64,000 bases of DNA from contig OZ024746.1 in assembly GCA_964016885.1 (NCBI GenBank), forward strand, positions 89,838,001 through 89,902,000, in the 5' to 3' direction. The stretch comes from Eledone cirrhosa (taxonomy: Eukaryota). This document shows, piece after piece, positions 1-13,458 of this stretch (positions are counted from its first letter, which is position 1; each line of letters starts with the position of its first letter). Both the position numbers and the translations under genes were made by a program. The notes under the pieces were generated by a model that did not search any database, was not told the origin of the DNA, and saw only the letters and a program-made list of their open reading frames with translations.

Positions 1-136
1 CCTCATTTTCAGTGTAGATATTCTCTTTGAACTTGAATAAGTTGCGCTTTAGGGTAGTTTTGATACTAGCCCCTATTGTACGTGCGACCATTTTTCTGAC
101 CTGATCATTGTCTTGGGGGGTCCGTATAACTTTGGT
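1..136 (-). mobile_element. Inverted RT segment of PLE family A, probably continuing left of the window
   Basis: The reverse complement matches 17576-17710 of the second family A copy (accaaagctatacggacccccc...caaaatgagg). Confidence 0.85.
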
Positions 137-154
137 ATACAATGGCAAAAGACC

Positions 155-2007
155 AATGGCAAAAAAGACTCCCATGGAAAGGTGGAATGGGTGGACCAAT
201 GACGGAGCAGCCATTGGCGTCAGCATAGCTGCTGACGTTGCCAAACTTTTTATGGTATGGTGGCAAAGGAGACTCAAATATCTCCTTGATGAGAGCTCCA
301 TAGACCTCATCATGTACTCTCGTTACGTAGACGACATCAATAAAGTAATAAGGACTTCCACACAAGAGAGCACTAACAAGTTTGATTTCGAACGTAGCAC
401 AATTGAAAGCATCCAGCAGAAAGCTAATTCCATACACCAGAGTATAACTGTAACTATCGACTACCCTTCCAAACACCCTAACAATATACTACCTGTATTA
501 GACACGGAACTCTGGATTAACACTATAGACGAGAGAGCCCAAATACTCCACTCACACTATGCTAAACCTATGGCCTCCAAATACCTGATACTCAAAAGCT
601 CAGCAATGTCCAGTAGTGCTCAGTTTAATATTCTGACGCAGACTTGGTACGAGTGATAAAGAACGTATCCCGCATGTGCGACCCAACAGAAATGGTAAAA
701 CACATCCAAAACTTCATCAACCGCATGCAGTTCTCTGGCTACAACCAAAGAGACAGAGTCAGAGTATACGAAGAAGCCACGGAGAAGTATAAGACCCTCA
801 TAGAACTGGACATGAAAGGAATTTGCCCACTATACAGGAGCAAATCATGGAATAGCTTAGATTGGACTATACATAACATAAGGAAAGCCACCTCATGGTA
901 CGACAAGCAGAGTTACCAGAGTGTCATGTTTCCCTGGAGGGAAATTAGCTAACCAGTGTAGAAAGGCCCTCAGAAAGACCCACTTAAAGATTAAGGTGGT
1001 AGAAAAGCCAGGAACCACCATAAAATCCCTGATCAGCAAATCCAACCCTTTGAAGAAAACACACAGTACTAATAGGAAATGTATCATATGTAAAGTAAAG
1101 TCCCGGATAAACAGTAAAACTAGAAACGTAGTCTATAGCATAAGATGTACAGAGGGTACTTGCAGAAACATGACAACAACATACATAGGCGAGACAGCTC
1201 GTAGCATAGGTGAAAGGATAGACCAACACTGGGGGGAACTAAAAGGATGAAAAAACGGTTCAGTACTATACGAACATGCCAGACAACAACATGACGGTAA
1301 CATAGACAACATAGAAATTAGAATAATATCTAAACAGAAATGACCCAGCAGATAGCCAAATCAGAGAGGCCAGCGAAATAGAATTTAGAAGGCCAAGGCT
1401 AAACAGAAAACATGAATGGAATAACAACAGCACCCAAACAAACAACACTGTCCTAAGAGAAGTATAAATAAATAAATAAATAAATACGCAAGCACAATAA
1501 CAACAAACACATATAAACACACTAGTAAACTAAGATATAATACATTAACCAATACACAGTCACCCAAACAAGAACACACATCAAACAAAACACTATAGAC
1601 ACACGCAAACGCATGCGCAAAGAAGACACACAAATAAACAAATAAATAAATAAATGAACAGACTAAATAAAGATGGCGTAGGCATACAATGCAACGTGAG
1701 GAAACATAATGGCCCACTGACGATGTTGAAGATGTGCAACGAAAGAATTTTGATAGACTATATGTGTTTGTGTCTATATTGTACCTGTATTTTTGACGTT
1801 GGTCAGTCAATGGCAACATTGAAGACCAAATAAATTAAGTTAACCGATATAAAAATACACAGAAGCGAAAACCAACCAAACAGTGAGTGTGTTCTGTTAT
1901 TAATTCTAGCAATATTATTACACAGATATGACCCTCCCCAAGTATAACAATATTTGTTTCGATACACGAATTCATATCAAAAACCTCGCAAAACTAAGTC
2001 CTCGCCG

Positions 2008-2010
<3 letters not shown>
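155..2010 (+). mobile_element. Penelope-like element family A, copy 1 (5'-truncated, frameshifted RT + GIY-YIG, 3' pLTR)
   Basis: RT motifs GAAIG and RYVDD; PVLDTELW; Cys-rich linker; GIY-YIG-type VVYSIRC...YIGETARS..ERIDQH; KLN-like C-terminus; 3' UTR with HHR core; ends at (TA)n. Confidence 0.9.
1713..1754 (+). ncRNA. Hammerhead ribozyme motif in family A pLTR (degenerate stem I/III)
   Basis: CTGACGA-t-GTTG..CAAC-GAAA-GAATTT; same position as in copy 2. Confidence 0.55.
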
Positions 2011-2079
<69 letters not shown>

Positions 2080-2325
2080 TTCCCTGCATTGTCGCCTCGT
2101 CTAATAGAATCATCATATCTTGCAGATTACTGCGTCCGTTCAAACTGCCAAACATTGATATTCGGATCAGAATCTAGCAAATTGAACTCAGAGTTCCACA
2201 TATTTCATGACATATACATAAACTTTGAAATACACACACACACACACACATACTAACATACATACTGACACATACTACACATAGATGCATGCACACTGCG
2301 CATATACACACCAGGCCATGCAAAC

Positions 2326-2403
<78 letters not shown>

Positions 2404-2900
2404 TTAAGTGGGGAGTGGTCGAAACAGATATATATGACATACATAAGGCGATGTCAGAATGATATACAGTTCGGCATGTATATTCTTCTAAAGTGACATA
2501 ATTGCAGAAATATTGATATTAAACTTGTGACATGTGCAAGAAAGCAGAAATATGTAATTACTGTAATGCTCCATTCATATTCTATATACTTCAATATGGA
2601 AAATAATACCACATAGTAAATTCGCTTACTATCCTCTAATCATACTACAATAATGGCACACAGAGACAAATAAGTTGATATATATCCATCTGTATATCTA
2701 TCTACTTCTAGACACATATATATATGCATACACACTCACGCATACTCACAGACACAAGTGCGTACAAACACACAGACACACACAGACGCATACACACACA
2801 CACACACACGCACACACACACATACGCACCCACCCACCCACATGCATACACACACACATAAACACACAAACACACAAACACACAAACACACGAACACACA

Positions 2901-3023
<123 letters not shown>

Positions 3024-3263
3024 CAAGGATATCTGCGGCTGTCTATTGTCAGATTCGTGTTCCATAGGCAAACGAAGCTTCATCTGACAGCATTGTTTGA
3101 ATCATGTATATAAGTGCATGATGCAGAAGAGGGCCCCCTTACTATGCTCTTTACGTTTTCATTGAATGGTCCATTTGACATGTATATCTTATACGAAGTC
3201 CTTTCGCAGGATTGCAAATGATTGCAAATGAAATTTAGTACGCATAATAGGAGACGAAGCCGG

Positions 3264-3331
<68 letters not shown>

Positions 3332-3378
3332 CGTAAAATAAGAAAATTATAGCCATTAACTCATTTACTCAATTTTCA

Positions 3379-3458
3379 CTCCAACCAATTAGTTTCTGGA
3401 AGGGGATATACATAGTCTCCAAATGGAGACCATGGAGAATCCATTCTTCATCAGGGAG
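3379..3458 (-). ncRNA. Type I hammerhead ribozyme with long stem II
   Basis: Minus strand: CTCC-CTGATGA-a-(stem II including catggtctcc/ggagactatg)-GAAAC-TAATTG-GTT-GGAG. Stem I is CTCC/GGAG and stem III is near-palindromic. Confidence 0.75.
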
Positions 3459-3851
3459 CCATTCTCGGCTAAGATTCCTGGCGATTCGCAGACACAATGA
3501 TCGAATACAAAAATAATTCAGTGGATGGAAAAAAGGTAGCGTGGACTAAATCCCGATCCATTGAAATCTTCACCGCCTTCCTGGTCAGTGGCAAATCAAA
3601 AGAATCAATCACGTGACATCGAGGTTAATCAGTGAGGAGTGGGGTGTTAGAATATATATATATATATATATATAATATGTAATAAGACTATTTATATTTA
3701 TATATGTTTAATACAATTATAAATATGTAGGGTAGTACTAAGTACTAGCCGGTTACCGGTATGACAAAAGACTCAATGAACATTTTCAGTGTATTACACA
3801 GCCGAGATACAAAGTGTTAAAACGATCTAATTTTAGTTTAGAATATTTATT

Positions 3852-3898
3852 TGCTGACATTTGTTTCTTCCAGAGGGAAGCCTGGATTCATCGGAGCA
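3852..3898 (-). ncRNA. Type I hammerhead ribozyme with a U4>C core mutation
   Basis: Minus strand: TGCT-CCGATGA-a-TCCAG..CTGGA-a-GAAAC-AAAT-GTC-AGCA, followed by AATAAA. Confidence 0.65.
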
Positions 3899-4134
3899 TA
3901 GGGAATGTCAAAACATGTGATTAAAATCCTAGTCATTCAGGACATTTAGGATACATAATTGTTGTTAGTGTCATAGACATCATGTGGAGAGTCAGGAGTT
4001 AGCAAGGTATTATGCTTGAGAGAACACAATTACAGGCAGCACTGATTGAAAGTGTAATAGTTATAAGCAAAAAGTACAGGCAAAAAGTTGTAAGCAAGGA
4101 AAAACGGGGGATAGGATAGACACTAATAACAATT

Positions 4135-5789
4135 ATGTACGCTAAATGCTCTCGCAGAAACCGAAGTAGACCTGGCATACGCACGCATATACACGTCGCC
4201 ACCAATATACCGGGAACCTTCTTCAGGGCTCTCGAAAAATCTTTTCCACGCACACATAAACACCACAAGCACTTCAATAGATACACTGTAAAATTCTCTT
4301 TATCCACACCACCAAATCTAGGCCACACAATAGCACACACTAATAGGATAAAAATACGAAAACGCTTGGTTGCCCCACAACATACCACCCCCACAACCCA
4401 AAATGAAACCACACACACAACACAACAACCCACATACCAGATCCACACCGCATGACACCAACGTGCCACCACACCGGTTACCCCCAACAGCAACTGCAAA
4501 AAACGGGCCGAATGCCCACTAAACGGGGAGTGCCTCGTTAAAAACATTGTTTACCGGTATGATGTCACAGCCGTCAATAAGGAGTACTCATATATAGGTG
4601 CGACATCCACTACGGTTAAGGAGCGCTGGTATAACCACAGAAGCTTCTTTAAACATAGGCAGAAACGATCCCAAACCAAACCGGCCGATTCGATCTGGCA
4701 CCTCAAGGACAGGAATATCGAAACCCAGATCTCGTGGTCAGTAAAAAGACGCGTGGCACAACTCCACAGTGACAGAAACCACTGCAGGTTATGCCTGGCT
4801 GAGGCGGCGGAAATAATTAAATTAAAATCTGCCATAAACTACAGGTCGGACATAATTGTCAATTGCAGACACACCAGACTGAACACTTTTTCTGCACAAA
4901 CATTCGGGGGAGGGCCGCACACTAACCTTGACCCAGCATAATAATAACACCTCTACCCCGTCTCACCATCGCCCATCTCAGTGCATTTATTTTATTGTAT
5001 TGCATGTGATCGTTTGTAAACCCGTATTTTGTATATCATGCCACATACATCACCCCCACCAACACTCACATCGCCATACACCTCACATACTTGCAACATT
5101 GTGTTCTATCTGTCCTATCTGTCAGGTTTTACCTTGCAAACCATAGTAACATCTGATCCTGTAAATATAATGTCGATCATATCACACCATCGCCACCACC
5201 ACCACAGCACACATCGTCATATGTCTACCATCCACACCCGCAACCTTATTCCCCCGTGTTCTCTCTGTCTACCCTAACCTACAACCGCACGCTAAATTCG
5301 ACACTGTAAATGTACTGTCGCACACACCACCACCGCCACCACTAGATGCATCCACATACTTCAACAATCATTAACATCATCATTACATATCATCCCACAC
5401 TCCCAGATCGATTGTGTTATATCCGTCCCCCGTCTGCCTTACCCTGTAACCCACCGTAACATCCCATCATGTAATCATTTTGTTGAAGATATCACCCCAG
5501 CACCACCGCCATGACCACAACACACATCGCTATACGTAAATAAACACTTTTCCCCGCGTTCCCTATGTCACCTTTAACCTGTAACCCATCGTATTATTCG
5601 AACCTGTATATTTTTTGTCGCTGACAACTCCACCACCACCACCACAAGACACAACTCCATACCTCAACACCCATTAACTTCATCAACACCGCCAGCACAT
5701 ACCTCCCCTCTCGAACCAACGCAAGTGTGAGTGTCTGTGTCTAAGTATTTTTTTATATATATATACGTGCGTATACATATGCGTGCGTG

Positions 5790-5835
<46 letters not shown>

Positions 5836-6177
5836 CGGGTATGTATATGTATGTGTATGTGTGTGTATACGTGTGTGTGTATGTTTATGTATACGTGTGT
5901 GTACGTGTATGTGCCCAAATCCGTATGTGTGTATGTGTGTGTGTTTGTCTATATGTATAACACCATCTCCATTGGCTCTCACCTTCCCTCCTTCTTTGTT
6001 CTAACCCACCCCCAACCATACCCCCCACCCTATCTATATATATCCACACGCGCGCATGCACATACATGTGTGTATATATGCATGTGGATATATATGTGTG
6101 TGCGGATATGTGTGGGCGCGCGTGTGTGTGTGTATGTAAGTGTGTACGTAGGTGTATATATATCAGTATATATGCGC

Positions 6178-6237
<60 letters not shown>

Positions 6238-6860
6238 ATATATACCACGTATCTGTCAGACTAAGAGTGTCTAGGTATGCATCTTCCCAAAGACTCGACA
6301 CCACCAACACATCCACTACACCAGCACAAACGACACTACCATAAACAACAATCCACCACAACCACACCCCACACACGCCAACCCGTCTACCGACAACCTA
6401 CTGCTCCCACACCACCTCCTATCCTAGTAAGCGAACGTCACCACCATTTTATCATCACATCCACCCCACATACACTACAGGCCAAAGCCAACCCGCCACC
6501 ACCACAGCCCTCCCAGCCAGCGACCGTCACCAACAACTCATCATCACATCTACCCCCACATACACTCCAGGCCAAAGCCTACCCGCCACCATCACACCAC
6601 AGTCCATCACAGCCAGCAACCGTCACCAAGGACCGTCACCATTGAGTCGGGTAGAATCGATACAGATCGAACTTTGAGCTGATCAGTGGCGAAACGCGCG
6701 TCACCTACCAATACATGTAATGAAGGAGTAAACAATTCTCCTTGTTATCCTTTCAATATATTACACTCTGTATAGCTCTACACCTCATCACAGAAGTGAA
6801 CCTAAACATCGAGTGCTCTCCCGGGTGAACCTGCAGTAACTCCAAGTTACACCCCCAGGA
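4135..6860 (+). mobile_element. PLE remnant (Naiad-like linker + GIY-YIG, ORF 4135-4941 with one in-frame TGA) with long C/A-rich 3' UTR
   Basis: TNIPGTFF...FNRYTVKFS; NC..RAECPLNGECLVKNIVY; YIGATSTTVKERWYNH; CRLCLAE; NCRH. The 3' half of an HHR (GAAACGCGCGTC-ACCTACC) is at about 6691-6709. Confidence 0.85.
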
Positions 6861-6944
6861 TATATATATACACACACATATATATATATATATATATTTA
6901 TTAAAATAACAGATTAAAGTTTAAGCAAATATAAAAAAAAATAT

Positions 6945-7026
6945 TTGCTCTACGGTTCTTATATATTTGATATATATTTTCCTTATCGAGCCCTCTTTGG
7001 ATTTTAGTCTTCAATTTTATTATTAT

Positions 7027-7031
<5 letters not shown>
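6945..7031. repeat. Half copy of the 13205-13376 palindromic element
   Basis: ttatcgagccctctttggattttagt shared with 13327-13352. Confidence 0.7.
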
Positions 7032-7070
<39 letters not shown>

Positions 7071-7504
7071 GGATACACCGTATTGAAATGAAGTACTCAA
7101 TACTATTTGATACTTTACATATTATTTCAATTTAGATACATATGTTACTAATCACATGTGTCTAATAGCCACTAGGTTAGTGGCCAGGGTCACAAACACA
7201 AACGTAAAACGTTTTGCAATGATTGCAATACCTTACCCCAAATTTTCGAGCCGTTCAATGAGGAAAGTTAATTGTCAGTTGAAGTATATGGAGTCATATT
7301 TAGTGACACATTTAGTAAATGATATTAATGTGTGTAGATAATGTATTTGTAAAAGTGTTGCCAATATATATGAAGTTGAAGAGAAATGGAAAGGTAATCC
7401 CATGAATCAAGCAATTGAAATGAGATACCCAGGAAAAATACGTTTGTTGAGATCAGTGAAATATTAGTGAGATTATATATGATATATCACATAAGTACGT
7501 AACG

Positions 7505-7862
7505 ACTGGCTCAGTCTCAGAAGCTCACGCGTCTTACGACGCATGAGGCAATCATAGTGTTCCATCGTGTTCGGTCAGCAACCAGTTGCACAGCGTCCCG
7601 CCATTGTCTGTTTGTCGCCCGCAGGTCCCTCTCAACTGTCTGGCGCCAGTTCATTTTGGGTAGCCCTCTCCGTCTGCTTCCCTACGGGCTCCATTTAAGT
7701 ACTTGGTTCGCCAGTCTCTCCGGGGGAAGTCTCAAAGCGTGTCCAAACCAGCCCAGGCGTCGCTTGCAGATGGTAGAAGAGACTAGCTGCTGGTTGGTGC
7801 GGTTCCTGACTTCCTGGTTTGCTACATGGTCACTCCATTTAAACTCCAGGATCTTTCGCATA
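7505..7862 (-). mobile_element. RTE-clade LINE 3' fragment
   Basis: RKILEFKWSDHVANQEVRNRT...KRRLGWFGHALR...WSP*GSRRRG.PKMNWRQTVERDL..DRTRW, a typical RTE C-terminus. Confidence 0.85.
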
Positions 7863-9317
7863 ACGACTGGAGTTATTCGTGTAATCATAAATGTATGATT
7901 ACACGAATAAAGTGTGTGTAAATATTTGAACATGAAAATATGACAAAAATCTATTGGAAATAATTACATCAAGATTATTCATATATATGTCGACGTATAA
8001 TATGAGAGACAGAAAGAATTGTTATTAATGTACGTAACAATGGAAAACATCGGCAAATACTGAATATTAATTGTAAATCCAAAGATATATTGATGATGAT
8101 TAGATAGGTACGTTAGATAGGTATTATATGGAAATAATTTGCACCATATATATTGTAAACATATTTTGTTCTCTAACACAAAGAAATGAAAACCAGAACA
8201 AATCAGAATAATTATAACGCAAAATAATTGACTGAAAATAATACATCGGTTGATAATGATATGATTCCTTAAAGCAGTCAAGAATATACGCATTCATGAA
8301 AATGTTCATGACGTAAAATAAAATCCATATGTTACACTTATAAAATAAACATTAACATTAGGTCTGATTATCTGATGTATCTGCAAAATCAATGCGTGTA
8401 TTATTGTAATATCTACGCAGTTAATTTAGGTTTAAATGGAGGTGTCTATAAGGTGTATATGATATATATCAAAGTAAAGCAGGAGTACATTTATATGCAT
8501 GTCGGTTGACAAAACAGCACACTTACAAGGACTGTTGAAACAAAAAGCGACAGGAGAACCAGGAGTAGAGCCTGCGCAAGATTGTCCCAGTTGCAGATCG
8601 AACTAAATCAGTGGGGGATTATTACTACTGTTAAGACCAGTTGGAAGTAAAAGAAGAAATTTAAGTTTGGTTTCCTGCTGTTGCATTATACAGGTTGTTA
8701 TCAAATAGAAGTATAGGCTGATCTTGCAATCCCATGGCATATACAAGTTAGGCATTGTGTAGATAACTAAAAGATAAAATAATTTGAATTGGTGGCATTT
8801 CGTGTTTGTTAAAGAAAAAACGTGGCGTGTTCAGACCTCGCACGTAACTAGAACCATTTTTATCGCTATTGTGCATATACTACTGTTGTCAAAACCAACC
8901 AATTTTAGAATATGGTTCCGAAGACTCACCATTTCAATATTTACATATGTAAAAGCACATGAATGATTTCAGTGTATGTATCGTTATTAAGCATTTTAGT
9001 AATAAAAACCTATACCAGAATATTAATAGAAATATTCAGAACTTCCATATTATGCTATTTCTTTTCATTTGTACTCACAAACGCACTGACACATATACAG
9101 CCCAGAGTATGTATGTATATATGTATGTATTTATGTATGTATGCATGTATGTATGTACGTATATATGCTCACAACATCACAACATATACACTGTAAATAT
9201 ATTTCTATCTATTGCGTGGATGTATCTATGACTGTGTACATGTATGACATAATTTCCATATTCTGATATATATGAGGTGTATCTGTAGATGTGCGTGCAT
9301 GAAGAGATTCCTTTACT

Positions 9318-9509
<192 letters not shown>

Positions 9510-10680
9510 TACATTATCCTTCATTTAAAAATGAAATTGGAATGAGCAATACCATACAACACGATTGCTATCAAGTAACATGACACAGATATACACATAT
9601 CTATACACAATATGACATATGCTATAACATTCTTAATGATACGTCTGGTTTACTTCCTTATGCATTTCCGATAATTCCATATGACATTTATAATATTTGT
9701 ATTTATATATTTTACATATATTCTACAGAGTAATATTTTCGAATGTCGAGAAAGAATAGTGAAAAGAAATATTTTAAAAGAAATATAAACATGAGAAAAC
9801 AGATCGTATGAAATGTTCACAAAATATGAGAAAAAATGGGTTACAGTTTGTCCTTTGAAATTGTTGTTGTTGTTATCTTTTGTGATTTGACAAAACGTCT
9901 TATGCGTAAAAATTAAACTTCAGCTTTAAAATGTTGTCAAACAACAGACACCAACTGATACAAAATTTTAAATGTTGCACACGAGTCAGTTGATGCATGT
10001 GATTACATCAAAGCAATGCATAAGTTTCGAAGGAAATTCTCTCTATAATGTTGCATTAATATAAACAAAGGAAAGTAAATGTGATATTTAAATTAATCAT
10101 ATCCGTTCAGTTCGGTTAGATGTATTTTAAGTACATTTCAACTTTCGCAGAATTTCGATCGCATTTCAAACGATTCTATATGGAATTCCTTTAAAGAGTC
10201 ACCGAATAGATCACGTTCCAGGAGAAGTTTAGAATGCTGTTTTGTCAGATATGCTTATGCAAGTTTAGGAATATGCCAACACATAAAATCGCATACATGA
10301 ATGCATATACTGAGACACGCACTCAGTAAATACAAATAGAAAAATCATACATTGACGCAGTTGATCTGATGTGCACGCATGTTCATTATTTTCAGTATAT
10401 ATTTTCTTGAAAACTGTCAGTTTTCATATATGGTGAGATACTTATATATTTCACAAATCATATCTGACTTCATCATGCGAATAGGACATAAATATGAAGA
10501 CAGGTTTTAACGTCTAAAAACAATTATATGAACAAATTCTTTGTTTTATCTGTCTATGAATCTTTCTATCTAAATAATCCCCCTTCAGATCTCTATATCT
10601 ATCTATCGCTGTATCTATCTATAAATCAATCTATCCTAAGAATCTGGTCCATAAAATTCGACTTTTACACAAGTATATAT

Positions 10681-10741
<61 letters not shown>

Positions 10742-10964
10742 GGTAGAGGGAATCGGAGCCCGATGGCTGAGGTATTGCATTCTCGACAGACACTAAGCAT
10801 TTAATACGTAAAGAGAAGAATTCCACTCTTCTATGCCAAGTATCGAGTACTTTACTGAATAATGCTCTTACTACATTAAATCAGAAAAAAAGCATGTTTC
10901 TCTATGTCCCCCTCCCTATCTCTCTCTCTATCTCACTCTCTCTCTCGCTCTATCTCTCTCTCTC

Positions 10965-11047
<83 letters not shown>

Positions 11048-11154
11048 TAAAACATGTCTATAGAATCACCATGTTTTATGATATATAGCTCTGATTATAT
11101 AATTTATTAACTTTTCATTGAGCCACAAAGTGATCCGTTGCAAAACACGTATAA

Positions 11155-11217
<63 letters not shown>

Positions 11218-11241
11218 TTTATATATATATATATATATATT

Positions 11242-11529
11242 CAAGGTTTAGCAAATAAGAAAAAGTTTCAAAGTAAATTTCAAAAGATTCACTGTACTTA
11301 ATATGGTTACCTTTAACGAAACGGTTTCGAGTCTCAAAAATAAATGTATAGTCCTTGCGGGCCTCCATTGAAAAGATAAACTCTCGTCAGAAGGTTCTTT
11401 TAACTCGGAGAATATAAAATTCCCGAGTTCGAATTACGAACTGGCGCTATTCAAAATTGTTCCCGAGATGAGAATGAATGATGTGGAAGCAATTCAGTCC
11501 AGTGCTGTGTGCAAAGATAGAAGGCATAT

Positions 11530-11535
<6 letters not shown>
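11242..11535 (-). mobile_element. Diverged, truncated monomer of the 483-bp HHR repeat family
   Basis: Collinear with the first ~290 nt of the 54396 unit (caaggtttag...ctcgtcagaaggttcttt...gcaaagatag); flanked by (TA)n. Confidence 0.85.
11309..11395 (-). ncRNA. Type I hammerhead ribozyme (monomer copy)
   Basis: ACCTT-CTGACGA-GAGTT...GACTC-GAAAC-CGTTTCG-TTA-AAGGT. Confidence 0.75.
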
Positions 11536-11585
<50 letters not shown>

Positions 11586-12324
11586 CAGTTTAACCCGGGT
11601 TCGATCAGGGGGCACAACAGTAAGTATGCTACTCAACACATAGCACCGGACAACATTCTATGCATCATATAGCTTAGGATGTCTTGCATTTCATAATTAC
11701 GGTGTCAATAAAATGAAGTGCTAATAACCCACTGTTTTCCAATTAAGTGTCATATATAGAAACTATTATCCATCAGACTTCATATTTCAATGCATTTTCG
11801 TTGATACATGTCAGCTATAAAGTAATATTCAGTATCGCCTAATATTTTCACATAATCGCTATGTTTGCATTTACGCGCACCTAGTTTTATTAAATCTGAA
11901 TTGTGTACGGCTGATGTTCTACTCATACAGTTATATCACACAAATAGCTGATAAATGTTTGTTTTATTGTATCAAATATTCATTCTTTTACTTCACAAAC
12001 ATACACTATGTATTTCCTTCTTGAACAGGAAAATTATTTCAAATATTGGTGAGGTTTTTGCTTCTTATAGAACATTCATTGTATTCAATATACTATAAAC
12101 TGTTGGACAACTCTGCTAAGACCTCAGAGATATTAAAATGTTTGTGTTTCTACTGGAAATTCTTTAGTAATTTTACTTATACACTGCACATTTAGTGAAG
12201 CGACTCCCCGCACTTATGACGGGTGGTTCAACCACCTAACGATTAGACCGTGCGCTTTCACAATTCACTGCCGTTATATCTAATGTAGATTACTCTAATT
12301 CTTCGTATATATATATATATATAT

Positions 12325-13143
12325 AAATTAGCGAGAATCGTATTTCGGCTTTGGAATTAGCGAAAATCAACATCCGAGATGTGTGGCAAGCGCTCAATAA
12401 TTCTGACGAACCAGAGCTACAACATACGTTAAAGGCCAAACACACTGAGACGATGGTTACACGGTCATCCGCATAGCCATAAAAACGACCAAGTAATTTG
12501 GATCAAACAAATAAAAAAATATGTGATTGAAAAATTTACCCGGACCCCTGGAAGGTTGGTAAAATGCAGCATTTGGGTTTCTGCGACTCCTAAATCAAGT
12601 ACTGTCCGCTTAGACATATAATGTTAGGCTTCTGGTAAAATAATTGAACAAGGAAGTCACTTTCTCAACAGGTTTTAGTTCAAGTGCGAGGCGAAGGAAT
12701 GACAGTTACCGATATCCACGTGGGGTTCGACAAGGGAGGCAACCCTTATTTTAGGTAGATGGAATTGAGTATGTGTATATTATTGCAAACATGCAAAATA
12801 TCACAAAACGAATTAAGCTCTCAACAGAATGGTTATAAGTTAACAGAAGCTATTCATCAGTCAATAGAATCAACTAAAAAACTCAAGAAAATTAACTGGT
12901 CAATAGCTAGACTCTGTAGATTAATACAAATATAAATTAGCGAGAATCGTATTTCAGCTTTGGAATTAGCGAAAAACAACTTTCGATATATGTGGCAAGC
13001 GGTCAATAATTCTGACAAACCAGAGCTACAACATACGTTAAAGGCCAAACACACTGAGACGATGGGTAAACCGTCATCCGCACAACAATAGAAACGACCA
13101 AGTAACTCGGGTCAAACAAATACAAAATATGTGATTGAAAAAT
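12325..13143. mobile_element. Element with ~210-bp terminal direct repeats (period ~610 bp) inserted in (TA)n
   Basis: aaattagcgagaatcgtatttc...atgtgattgaaaaat at 12325-12536 and 12934-13143. Confidence 0.75.
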
Positions 13144-13204
13144 GTATATATATATATATATATATATTCATATATATAATTCAATAGAGTGCTCAACCGA
13201 GGGA

Positions 13205-13370
13205 GGAAAATAGTAATAATAATAAATGTGAAGACTAAAATCCGAAGAGCGCTCGATAAGTATAAATATATCTCAAATGTATACATATTTGCTCGAGGTT
13301 TCTTATTATTTGATATACATTTATCTTTATCGAGCCCTCTTTGGATTTTAGTTTTCACATTTATTATTTC

Positions 13371-13376
<6 letters not shown>
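13205..13376. repeat. Palindromic (fold-back) mini-element
   Basis: aataataaatgtgaagactaaaatccgaagagcgctcgataa is the near reverse complement of ttatcgagccctctttggattttagttttcacatttattatt. Confidence 0.8.

Positions 13377-13458
<82 letters not shown>

Noticed and set aside
3036-3091. HHR-like fold on the minus strand (gctgt-CAGATGA...acagc); similar relics near 23935-24050, 25390-25430 and 33505-33550
   Set aside because: Core boxes are mutated or stems cannot be built; likely decayed pLTR ribozymes but not supportable individually.
6648-6709. Hammerhead at the end of the 4135 PLE
   Set aside because: Only the 3' half (GAAACGCGCGTC plus stem I) is present; the CUGANGA box is missing.
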